Notes: generated from the sequence alone by a model not told the origin. Shown: positions 1 through 7,125, numbered from the stretch's first letter. The stretch: 41,407 nt of DNA from Desulfuromusa sp. (GCA_033791405.1 JASJGT010000268.1:1-41407), one strand, 5' to 3'. A program made the numbers and translations.

Positions 1-12
1 AAACAGTGCCAT
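1..12 (-). CDS. Probable 5' start of a gene running off the left edge (MALF...)
   Basis: Minus strand reads AAGGAGG-CTTCCC-ATG GCA CTG TTT: a strong SD 6 nt before an ATG at 12. Only 4 codons are visible. Confidence 0.45.
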
Positions 13-69
13 GGGAAGCCTCCTTTGACCTCGTGCATTTAGTTAAAATCATGGCTCAAATTCACCACC

Positions 70-417
70 TTAGCCAAGCAACATCAGTGTGATCGGCAGC
101 GAAAGAAAGGACAGGCCAGTTTGTACGGTTATTATTGATGCTATGGTGACATGATCGCCACCGAGCTGCCGTGAGAGGATGAAAGCTGAAGGTGCTGTCG
201 GCACGGCAAAGAGCAATACCGCAACGGCGGTAGCGTTACCGGCCAGGCCGAAATAGGTTGCCAGTCCCCAAGCCGTCAAGGGTTTGCAAAAAAACCTGAC
301 CCGCAAACCATCGTGAGCTTGTAGCAGACGAGCTAATACCGCAGGGAGGGGGCCGGCGATGGGGAAGGATTGCTGCGGGCTTTTTGAACTGACCACAGAG
401 GTTTTTTCTAGGGACAC
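70..417 (-). pseudogene. Truncated/decayed AEC (auxin efflux carrier) family transporter, C-terminal part only
   Basis: C-terminal VLLFAVPTAPSAFILSRQLGGD...ASIITVQT is typical of AEC permeases (about 300 aa). Only 115 codons remain, with no SD and a non-AEC-like N-terminus. Confidence 0.7.
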
Positions 418-714
418 AATCTCTGCCTAAGTTGATTAGGTGAAAGTGACTTTTTTATTATCAAAGCCATTCTACACTTAGTTGAGTATAACAACGAATT
501 AATAATCAGATCCGGCTGGTGACGGCCAGATTGAAGAGGTGCCATAACAAGAAACATAGCAATCTAAATGAACCCAGTTACTGAGGTAACAGTCATCAGT
601 TTTGACGAGTTTTTTAAGGTAGCGTTTTTGTTAAAAACGCTATCAATCTTATTGATACGGGTTGCTTATCTGCAGGAAAGGTGAAATTTCCAAAACTTAG
701 ACCTTTTGAAACAC

Positions 715-744
715 AAAAGCCGCCGGAAATGCTCCGACGGCTTT
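715..744 (-). terminator. Intrinsic terminator closing the cassette-array transcript
   Basis: Minus strand GCCGTCGGA-GCATT-TCCGGCGGC-TTTTGTGTTT: GC stem plus U tract, about 70 bp past the last attC. Confidence 0.75.
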
Positions 745-815
745 ATCAAATGTAACAATTTTTGAAAATCTGCTGATCAGCCCGAAAAGAACTTCTCAAA
801 AGTGATTAATCGATT

Positions 816-931
816 TTTGAACGGTTCATGATAACCGGCGGTGACGTGAACTTGCGCGTACTACCGCAATTAGTTTTTCTTTTCAATTTAGCGCAGAAGT
901 ATTTTCCGTCCGGTTGATTAATTTGTTAGCA
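816..931 (-). repeat. attC site of cassette 3 (116 bp, last in array)
   Basis: R'' TGCTAAC follows the stop codon. L'' AATCAACCGG pairs with L' CCGGTTATC with one bulged base. R' is GTTCAAA (822-816). Confidence 0.85.
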
Positions 932-934
932 GGT

Positions 935-1465
935 TTAGTTTGTTTCAACAACATAGTCACCTTTCGACTCTTTGTATGTCATCGTTATTGTGTCTGGGTA
1001 ATCGTTGCCAACTACTTCAAGAATTAGAATTATTTCCGATATTGGAATTCTGTATACATACTTTTCTCGCTCAAAATCTGAACAAGTATATATGCCGCCC
1101 CAGTTACGATCATTTTCACGGTAGGCATACATTGCGCCCCCATGTATGAGTTGATTGCAAAGAAAGTTTACATCTTTTGAAACTGGCAGCTCATTTTCTA
1201 AATCATAGTGTTTATCGATATCCCAGAAATTACAATTATTAACTTTTCTTACGCAAGGAGAGCGAAATATTTGTGCCTTATATTTCGTGGTTTTAGATGA
1301 AACCTTGGTGCTTTCAATTAGTTTTCGAATCATGAAAAAGGAGATGGTGACATCTTTTTCAAAATTAACTTGAACCCTTTCAGACCATCGCGGTGGTTTT
1401 GAAACAGGTTTGAACTGTTTCGAGTAATTCAAAAGGTCTTTTTTCCAGTAATATGATTCAATCAT
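935..1465 (-). CDS. Cassette 3 hypothetical protein (176 aa, soluble)
   Basis: ATG lies 14 nt from the GTTAGCAGGT core and the stop abuts the attC. No family recognised. Confidence 0.85.
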   Translation of the reverse strand: MIESYYWKKDLLNYSKQFKPVSKPPRWSERVQVNFEKDVTISFFMIRKLIESTKVSSKTTKYKAQIFRSPCVRKVNNCNFWDIDKHYDLENELPVSKDVNFLCNQLIHGGAMYAYRENDRNWGGIYTCSDFEREKYVYRIPISEIILILEVVGNDYPDTITMTYKESKGDYVVETN

Positions 1466-1472
1466 GGCTACC

Positions 1473-1577
1473 TGCTAACGGTCGTGATAAGCGGCGGCGA
1501 CGAACTGTTCGAAACCCACCGAGATATTCAAATTTAAAGCAGAAGCATTTTCCGTCCGCTTGATTGCATGGTTAGAA
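1473..1577 (-). repeat. attC site of cassette 2 (105 bp)
   Basis: R'' TTCTAAC (1577-1571), L'' AATCAAGCGG / L' CCGCTTATC, R' GTTAGCA (1479-1473). Clear sequence similarity to the 816-931 site. Confidence 0.88.
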
Positions 1578-1759
1578 TTCGCGCCACACCGACGGAAGAT
1601 TTTTCACCTGAAACTTTCAATTTATAAATGACAAATTCTGCTTTTGCTTTTATTCGGCCCGTTTCAATAAAGAACCGAATTTTCAGCGCAAAGATCGTGC
1701 TTTCGAAATTGGGGCGATATTAAGTTCGAAAGACGACAACTTTGCGCTTTTCAAAGTTA

Positions 1760-1873
1760 CTAAATCCCTGGGATTCCGATAGGACCAGGAAGATCGGGGA
1801 TTAAACACCCTGAACACCCCGAAAGAATGATTGGAATAAGTAAGAAGAAAATTAAAATTGCCAGTTTTTTCAT
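1760..1873 (-). CDS. Cassette 2 small lipoprotein, 37 aa: MKKLAILIFFLLIPIILSGCSGCLIPDLPGPIGIPGI (not in ORF track)
   Basis: Translated by hand. SD GGAGA, ATG 20 nt from the cassette core, MKK + hydrophobic h-region + LSGC lipobox, TAG at 1762-1760. Confidence 0.75.
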   Translation of the reverse strand: MKKLAILIFFLLIPIILSGCSGCLIPDLPGPIGIPGI

Positions 1874-1886
1874 TCAATTCTCCGAA

Positions 1887-1976
1887 TTCTAACGTCGCAA
1901 ATAACTGGGCGTTAAAAGTGTTGCGCGTTTTTTGCGCGACGCTTTTAACGCTCCGTGTTGATTTGCTTTGTTATGG
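1887..1976 (-). repeat. attC site of cassette 1 (90 bp)
   Basis: R'' CCATAAC contains the TAA stop. L'' GCAAATCAAC / L' GTTATTTGC with a bulged C, inner stem GCGTTAAAAG...CTTTTAACGC, R' GTTAGAA. Confidence 0.92.
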
Positions 1977-2324
1977 TTTTTCATACACAGGAGTTAATGA
2001 ATTAGAGCTGCTATTAATTTGAATTAACTCGTCACTTGAATTAAAAATAAAAAACGTATTATTTATAGCTAAAGTGCTGTTTGGTTTTGGAGCATAGTAA
2101 TACTCGCCACTTGCTTTTATATCATAGCCATTTTCGCTAAGTTTTTTCTGGATTTGGTTTTTTGTTAAATTTTTTGGAAGTAATACAGAAAATATTTTTA
2201 GTTCTGTTTCTAGTGTTGGAATAAGGGCAAGGCTGTCACTTTGTACAGCTGTGGCGAAATATAGGAATACGTTCACAGCAAGTGAGATAATTAAAAATAT
2301 TGTGAGTAATACTATTGCTTTCAT
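1971..2324 (-). CDS. Cassette 1 membrane-anchored/exported hypothetical protein (117 aa)
   Basis: N-terminal hydrophobic helix. AT-rich, and the stop lies inside attC R''. Confidence 0.85.
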   Translation of the reverse strand: MKAIVLLTIFLIISLAVNVFLYFATAVQSDSLALIPTLETELKIFSVLLPKNLTKNQIQKKLSENGYDIKASGEYYYAPKPNSTLAINNTFFIFNSSDELIQINSSSNSLTPVYEKP

Positions 2325-2336
2325 ATTTATCTAAGT

Positions 2337-2365
2337 ACCATTACAAGTTATTGAGTAGTTCCGGT
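2337..2365 (-). other. Putative attI site (core GTAATGG at 2344-2338)
   Basis: Minus strand GGAACTACTCAATAACTT-GTAATGGT, 20 nt before the cassette 1 ATG. 7/8 match to the complement of cassette 1 R'' (GTTATGGT). Confidence 0.55.
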
Positions 2366-2366
2366 C

Positions 2367-2395
2367 ACCATACACTTGCGTAATATATTTGACAA
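2367..2395 (-). promoter_or_regulatory. Candidate cassette promoter Pc
   Basis: TTGTCA (2395-2390), 17 bp, TATGGT (2372-2367), pointing into the array. Confidence 0.45.
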
Positions 2396-2416
2396 TATTT
2401 ATCCAAATGCTATCAT
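2389..2416 (+). promoter_or_regulatory. Candidate integrase promoter Pint
   Basis: TTGACA, 16 bp, TATCAT with an extended -10 TGn. Confidence 0.65.
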
Positions 2417-2470
2417 GTTACTAACCGTATATCATTCTTTCTATCTACTATAACCGAATTCACATATAAT

Positions 2471-3796
2471 ATGATTCCACTACCCGACAACCTTTCAATT
2501 GCCTATAATCACTTCATGAGCAATCAGAATATTCCCAACGACCAGCAGCCTTACTACCGAAAATGGTTACGCTATTATATTGATTTTTGTAAAAAATATC
2601 GTCATGCGTACGCGGAACCGCTTAGTATGAATCAATTTATCGAAAAATTGGAGAATAAGGGTCAATCAGAAGCCCTGCGCGAACAAGCACAATCGGCCAT
2701 TTCGCTGTATTTTAAAATGCTGCGCACGAAAGGAATAACTGAGAGAAAAAACGCTAGGTCCGAAACAACCAATCAAAAAGCTGAGCGACCAAATTCGACG
2801 CTAACTTCTTTTATAAATGAGTTGACCTCTGGAACTGATTGGAGGTGGGTCTATATTAAACTTGAAGAACAGATCCGGGTTCGTCATTATTCTGATAAAA
2901 CACTGAAAAGTTATCGGGGTTGGATACGTCAATTTCAAACTTTTGTAAAAAGTTGCGACGCTACAACGTTAAACACTGATATGGTCAAGTCGTTCCTGAC
3001 CTTTCTGGCGGTCAAACGACAAGTCTCCGCTTCCAGCCAGAATCAAGCATTTAATGGCCTATTATTTCTCTTCCGTCATGTTCTGGATAAGGATTTTGGC
3101 AAAGTCGATGGAGTTGTCCGGGCGAAGCAGCGCAAGAATATACCGACAGTTTTATCGAAAGAAGAAATTGAGCGTATTATTGGTGAATTAAAGTTGCCAT
3201 ATTTATTGATCGTTCAACTTCTATACGGTTGCGGGTTGCGCCTGTTCGAATGCTTAAAACTCAGGGTCCAGGATCTCGATTTCTCCACTGGTATGCTCAG
3301 AGTCCATGATGGCAAGGGGAAAAAGGAGCGCACCGTGCCACTGCCGGCCGTTCTCTACGAGTCACTGAAGGTGCAGCTGAGAACAGTTACCCAGTTGCAT
3401 GAGCAGGATCAAGCAGAAAACTATGATGGTGTTTTCATGCAAGGGCGGTTGGATAACAAATATCCAGGGGCAGCAAAAGAGTTTCCGTGGCAATGGCTTT
3501 TTCCAGCGAGGATGCTAACCTTTGTACCCGAAGAAGGGGAACATCGGCGTTATCATCTGCATGAAAAACATGTGCAAAAAGCGATCAAAAAGGCCGTTAC
3601 CAAAGCTGTGCTCACTAAAAGGGCAACAGCCCACACCTTCAGACACAGTTATGCAAGTCATTTGTTGCAAGCCCACTACGATATTCGTACTATTCAGCAG
3701 CTACTCGGTCATGCAGACGTGCGCACGACAATGATTTATACTCATACTGTTCAAAGCACAACCATCAAAGAAGCAAAAAGCCCGCTCGATTTTTAA
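2471..3796 (+). CDS. intI: Integron integrase, long form (441 aa) with an extra N-terminal SAM-like domain
   Basis: Tyrosine recombinase motifs YGCGLR, GKGKKER, HTFRHS, LLGH, TTMIY. Integron-specific insert LDNKYPGAAKEFPWQWLFPA and C-terminal SPLD. Confidence 0.97.
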   Translation: MIPLPDNLSIAYNHFMSNQNIPNDQQPYYRKWLRYYIDFCKKYRHAYAEPLSMNQFIEKLENKGQSEALREQAQSAISLYFKMLRTKGITERKNARSETTNQKAERPNSTLTSFINELTSGTDWRWVYIKLEEQIRVRHYSDKTLKSYRGWIRQFQTFVKSCDATTLNTDMVKSFLTFLAVKRQVSASSQNQAFNGLLFLFRHVLDKDFGKVDGVVRAKQRKNIPTVLSKEEIERIIGELKLPYLLIVQLLYGCGLRLFECLKLRVQDLDFSTGMLRVHDGKGKKERTVPLPAVLYESLKVQLRTVTQLHEQDQAENYDGVFMQGRLDNKYPGAAKEFPWQWLFPARMLTFVPEEGEHRRYHLHEKHVQKAIKKAVTKAVLTKRATAHTFRHSYASHLLQAHYDIRTIQQLLGHADVRTTMIYTHTVQSTTIKEAKSPLDF

Positions 3797-3828
3797 ATTG
3801 GTTTCACAGCTAAACAGGAACAATCACC

Positions 3829-4053
3829 ATGCAAATCACAGTCAGCCTGCACGGGGTATTTCGAATCAATCGATTCAAAAAAGAGCTTCTCGAGTACCCT
3901 GATGGCAGCAGTACCCAGAAAGTTATTGACGATCTGCAGATTCCCGTTAAACTACTGGGCATTATTCTGATTAATGGTACTCATGCCAGAGCTGAAGACT
4001 TACTTCATGATGGCGATACCCTGATGTTGCTTCCACTGCTTGAAGGGGGATAG
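3829..4053 (+). CDS. MoaD/ThiS family sulfur carrier
   Basis: 74 aa ubiquitin-like protein: LING, L.DGD.L.LLP and C-terminal GG. Directly upstream of an AOR-family gene. Confidence 0.92.
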   Translation: MQITVSLHGVFRINRFKKELLEYPDGSSTQKVIDDLQIPVKLLGIILINGTHARAEDLLHDGDTLMLLPLLEGG

Positions 4054-4076
4054 CAATCTAAATCAAGGAATATTCT

Positions 4077-5915
4077 ATGAAATTTCAAACAACAGACCCG
4101 GTTTCCCACCCTGAATTGATCCTTTACCGTCGTTGCACCGTTGACTTAAAAACTGGCTCAATAAAAATGGAAGATGTCCCGTGTAAAAATTTAGAGGATG
4201 TCCTGGGAGGGTTTGGTCGCTCGTTCCAATTACTGGCAGAAAGAGATATCAGTAGGGCTTATTCTGCTAAGAATCCGCTGATTATCAATACTGGTTTGCT
4301 CACTGGCAGCAGTGCCATGACTGGATTGCGCACCTATTTCTCAAGCTTCAGCCCCATCAAAAAATCAAAAAAAGGGCTCCCCGCAGCAATGTGGTCTGCC
4401 GGCAGTGGTAAATTTGGTGCCAAGTTCAAATGGACCGGTTTGGATGAACTGATTTTTGAAAACTGTTCTGAAAAACCTGTCTACGTTTTGATTAAGGAAA
4501 CCACTGATGGCCCAGAGATCACATTGAAACCTGCCGAACATTTACTCGGTCTTTCAACCCACAAAAAAATCATGTCACTCCATAAAGAGTATGATGACGC
4601 TCACTTTGCTGCCATTGGTCAGGCAGGAGAAAACTGGCAGAATGTCACTATGGGATCTGTTGCGCTGTCGACAGTCAATCAGTTGAAATCGGGTGATGAC
4701 AAGCTGCGCTTTGCCGGTCGCGGTGGTATGGGCAGCATCATGGGATATAAAAACATTATTGCCCTGGTCGCTCAGAGTGAAGATAAAAACATTTCGATCA
4801 CAAAAGAGGTCAAAGAGGTTCACAAACAGGTCATCACCGGTGGCGGAGCGGCTCGACTGCAACCGATCAAACGGGGCGGTGGTGGTGGAACCTGGGCCGC
4901 TTACGATGTTATGCAGCCATTTCATGCCGTGCCAGTCAATAACTATCGTCCGCAGGGAAATGATCTTCCCGAGAAACTGTTTCGTGAAGAAGTCGAAAAA
5001 GATTATGACATTGAATCAGCAGCCTGCTACCGCTGCGGGATCACCTGCCATAACTACATTTACAATAAAAAAACCGATGGCAGCCGTGGCGATTTTATTG
5101 CAAAATTTGATTACGAGCCCCTCAATCTCCTCAGCACAAATATCGGCGTCCATAACGCTGGTCAAGCCGGTCGTTTAATCCACTTGTGCGACAATTATGG
5201 AGTTGATGCTATCTCCATGGGAGTGACAATTTCCTATACCCTTTCCTATAATGAACGTCATCCGGAAAATCCCCTTTTTAACGGGGCAACTTTTGGTGAT
5301 TACGAAAAAATCCATGAACTCATTATTCTTTCAGGAGAAGGAAAATTACCCGGTATTGGTAAGGGGTCAATGCATCTTTCTGAACTGATGGGTGAAACCG
5401 ATTACGCCTACCACATCAAAGGGCTTGAAATCGCCGCTTACCTGCCGGAGACTAATCCAGGTTATTGCTGGGCAATCGCGGGCGGACACATGTCGATGGG
5501 ATCTTACGGAACGCTGATACGTGAAGGTTTATCGGATGTTGATTCGTGGGTCAAAGTAATTACCGAAGACAAATTGCACATTGTTGGTTTCGATATGGTG
5601 GGGCTATGCAAGTTTTTTGATATCACCCAGGGGATTGGAACAGATAAAATTGCCACTTGTTTGAAGAGTGATTTCAATCTCGAAATTGATCCGCAAAAAA
5701 TCAAAGCGGCCGTCCGGCGCTCATTCTTGCTCGGACTGGCGCTAGAATTTCGGCAAGGATATACAAAAGCGGAATATTGCCTCCCAGCTGAAGTGACAGA
5801 AAACCCGAATCCCCACATCAAACTTCCTAACATTTCCAACCCGGAATTTATGGCTGAATTGGCAGAGAAGGTTTGGGAAGTCTTTGATAAGGAGTTGGAT
5901 GGTCTAATCCCCTGA
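4077..5915 (+). CDS. Aldehyde:ferredoxin oxidoreductase family (W-pterin, 4Fe-4S)
   Basis: AGRGGMGSIMGYKN, CYRCGITC plus distal GLCKF, CDNYGVDAISMG, KGLEIAAY. Confidence 0.92.
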   Translation: MKFQTTDPVSHPELILYRRCTVDLKTGSIKMEDVPCKNLEDVLGGFGRSFQLLAERDISRAYSAKNPLIINTGLLTGSSAMTGLRTYFSSFSPIKKSKKGLPAAMWSAGSGKFGAKFKWTGLDELIFENCSEKPVYVLIKETTDGPEITLKPAEHLLGLSTHKKIMSLHKEYDDAHFAAIGQAGENWQNVTMGSVALSTVNQLKSGDDKLRFAGRGGMGSIMGYKNIIALVAQSEDKNISITKEVKEVHKQVITGGGAARLQPIKRGGGGGTWAAYDVMQPFHAVPVNNYRPQGNDLPEKLFREEVEKDYDIESAACYRCGITCHNYIYNKKTDGSRGDFIAKFDYEPLNLLSTNIGVHNAGQAGRLIHLCDNYGVDAISMGVTISYTLSYNERHPENPLFNGATFGDYEKIHELIILSGEGKLPGIGKGSMHLSELMGETDYAYHIKGLEIAAYLPETNPGYCWAIAGGHMSMGSYGTLIREGLSDVDSWVKVITEDKLHIVGFDMVGLCKFFDITQGIGTDKIATCLKSDFNLEIDPQKIKAAVRRSFLLGLALEFRQGYTKAEYCLPAEVTENPNPHIKLPNISNPEFMAELAEKVWEVFDKELDGLIP

Positions 5916-5942
5916 CCAACCTGCTTACGAACAGGAAAATAA

Positions 5943-6923
5943 CTACTGGGCACCGATCCGATCTGCCAGCGACCCAACAGCAACGGCAAAACGGTGTGCC
6001 CTATTCCATTTCATCAGGACGCGATAGTTATTATACACAAGAAATGCTCGCCCCTTTGATCCATCTGGCTGAATCAAAGAAGCCATAATTTTAACATTGG
6101 GTAAATCTTTAGCTTCGATGGTTCGAACCCCAAGTTTCTGCCATTCTGACAGAAGGCGCTGCTGCTTCATGCCAAAATAATCCCCGTTCAGATTTTTCGG
6201 GAGACTCACCTCACGACCCCAGCTATACTGATTATCCCAACCTGATTTAAACAAATAATTTGCAGCGGAAGAGAGATAATCAACACGAGTATTCCACAGA
6301 TCAATACGACCGTCACCGTTTCCATCCACAGCAAAGTTCAAAAAAGTTGATGGCATAAATTGCACCTGCCCCATAGCTCCGGCCCAGGAACCTTTCATCT
6401 GATTAAATTTTATGTGCCCCTGATCCAGAATTTTGAGCGCATTTAACAATTCAGAACGGAAATACTTACCTCGCCGTCCATCATAAGCAAGGGTGACCAA
6501 CGCATCAATAACGGGAACCTTACCGGTATGCCGGCCAAAGCTCGTTTCAATCCCCCATAGAGCCATCAAGAACCTTGGCTGAACCGGATATTTCTTTGTA
6601 ATCTGGGTCAGCATATCCGAATTCTCAGTCAATAGACGCTGTCCTTCTTTGATCCGCTTTGAATTGACTGCCCCGGCCAGATATTCATCGAGAGTTTTGG
6701 TAAACTCCGGTTGAGCCCGATCCAATTCGATAATCCAGTCAAGTGGTTCTATCCCACTCAATGCGGTATTCAATATCTCAGGTTTAATTCCGGAACGCTG
6801 AGCCTCCACCTTGAAATTGTTCAACCAAAGCGAGTAGTGTGCAGTCGTTTCTGCATAAATAAACGAGACAGATAGGAGGACAAAAATGAGAGAGAAAAAC
6901 ATTCGAAGTAGATATATTTTCAT
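5943..6923 (-). CDS. Lytic murein transglycosylase (MltB/SLT_2 family)
   Basis: Signal peptide, ALWGIETSFG, GSWAGAMGQVQFMPS, DGNGDGRIDLW. Confidence 0.95.
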   Translation of the reverse strand: MKIYLLRMFFSLIFVLLSVSFIYAETTAHYSLWLNNFKVEAQRSGIKPEILNTALSGIEPLDWIIELDRAQPEFTKTLDEYLAGAVNSKRIKEGQRLLTENSDMLTQITKKYPVQPRFLMALWGIETSFGRHTGKVPVIDALVTLAYDGRRGKYFRSELLNALKILDQGHIKFNQMKGSWAGAMGQVQFMPSTFLNFAVDGNGDGRIDLWNTRVDYLSSAANYLFKSGWDNQYSWGREVSLPKNLNGDYFGMKQQRLLSEWQKLGVRTIEAKDLPNVKIMASLIQPDGSKGRAFLVYNNYRVLMKWNRAHRFAVAVGSLADRIGAQ

Positions 6924-7004
6924 CTATATTCCTTAGTAAAATGCAAGTTAAGCAAATTGATCAACAACTTTATTTCATATATACAACTAAATCAATATTC
7001 ATTC

Positions 7005-7052
7005 TTGACAGTTACACAATTCAGGCATACTCTGATAATGGATATCATAATC
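7005..7052 (+). promoter_or_regulatory. feo promoter with Fur-like box
   Basis: TTGACA, 17 bp, TACTCT. Immediately followed by GATAATGGATATCATAATC (7034-7052), a 15/19 match to GATAATGATAATCATTATC. Confidence 0.8.
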
Positions 7053-7125
7053 AAACCACACAGAAAACATATATTACTACGGCTCACTGAATTACAATTT
7101 CAGCTTCCACAAAGGGACACTTACT

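Larger units (their letters stand above)
816..3796. mobile_element. Complete integron: intI, putative attI and three gene cassettes
   Basis: IntI is divergent from three minus-strand cassettes, each ending in an attC with R''/L''/L'/R' boxes. Confidence 0.93.

Noticed and set aside
541-548. GCCATAAC / GTTATGGC as part of a fourth attC
   Set aside because: No L boxes or hairpin, and no R'' complementary to GTTCAAA between 420 and 815.
568-684. 38-codon plus-strand ORF (MNPVTEV...)
   Set aside because: No SD and no recognisable features. It runs through palindromic DNA and is probably chance.
1683-1877. 64-aa ORF from the track as the cassette 2 gene
   Set aside because: TTG start almost touching the SD and no protein features. 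The overlapping ATG frame gives a well-spaced SD and a textbook lipoprotein signal.
816-1976. Spaced repeats as a CRISPR array
   Set aside because: They are 90-116-bp imperfect hairpins separated by genes next to intI, i.e. attC sites. No cas genes are present.
2345-2470. LexA/SOS box at the integrase promoter
   Set aside because: No CTGT-N8-ACAG or Geobacter-type GGTT-N2-C-N4-G-N3-ACC seen by eye. A different lineage motif cannot be excluded.
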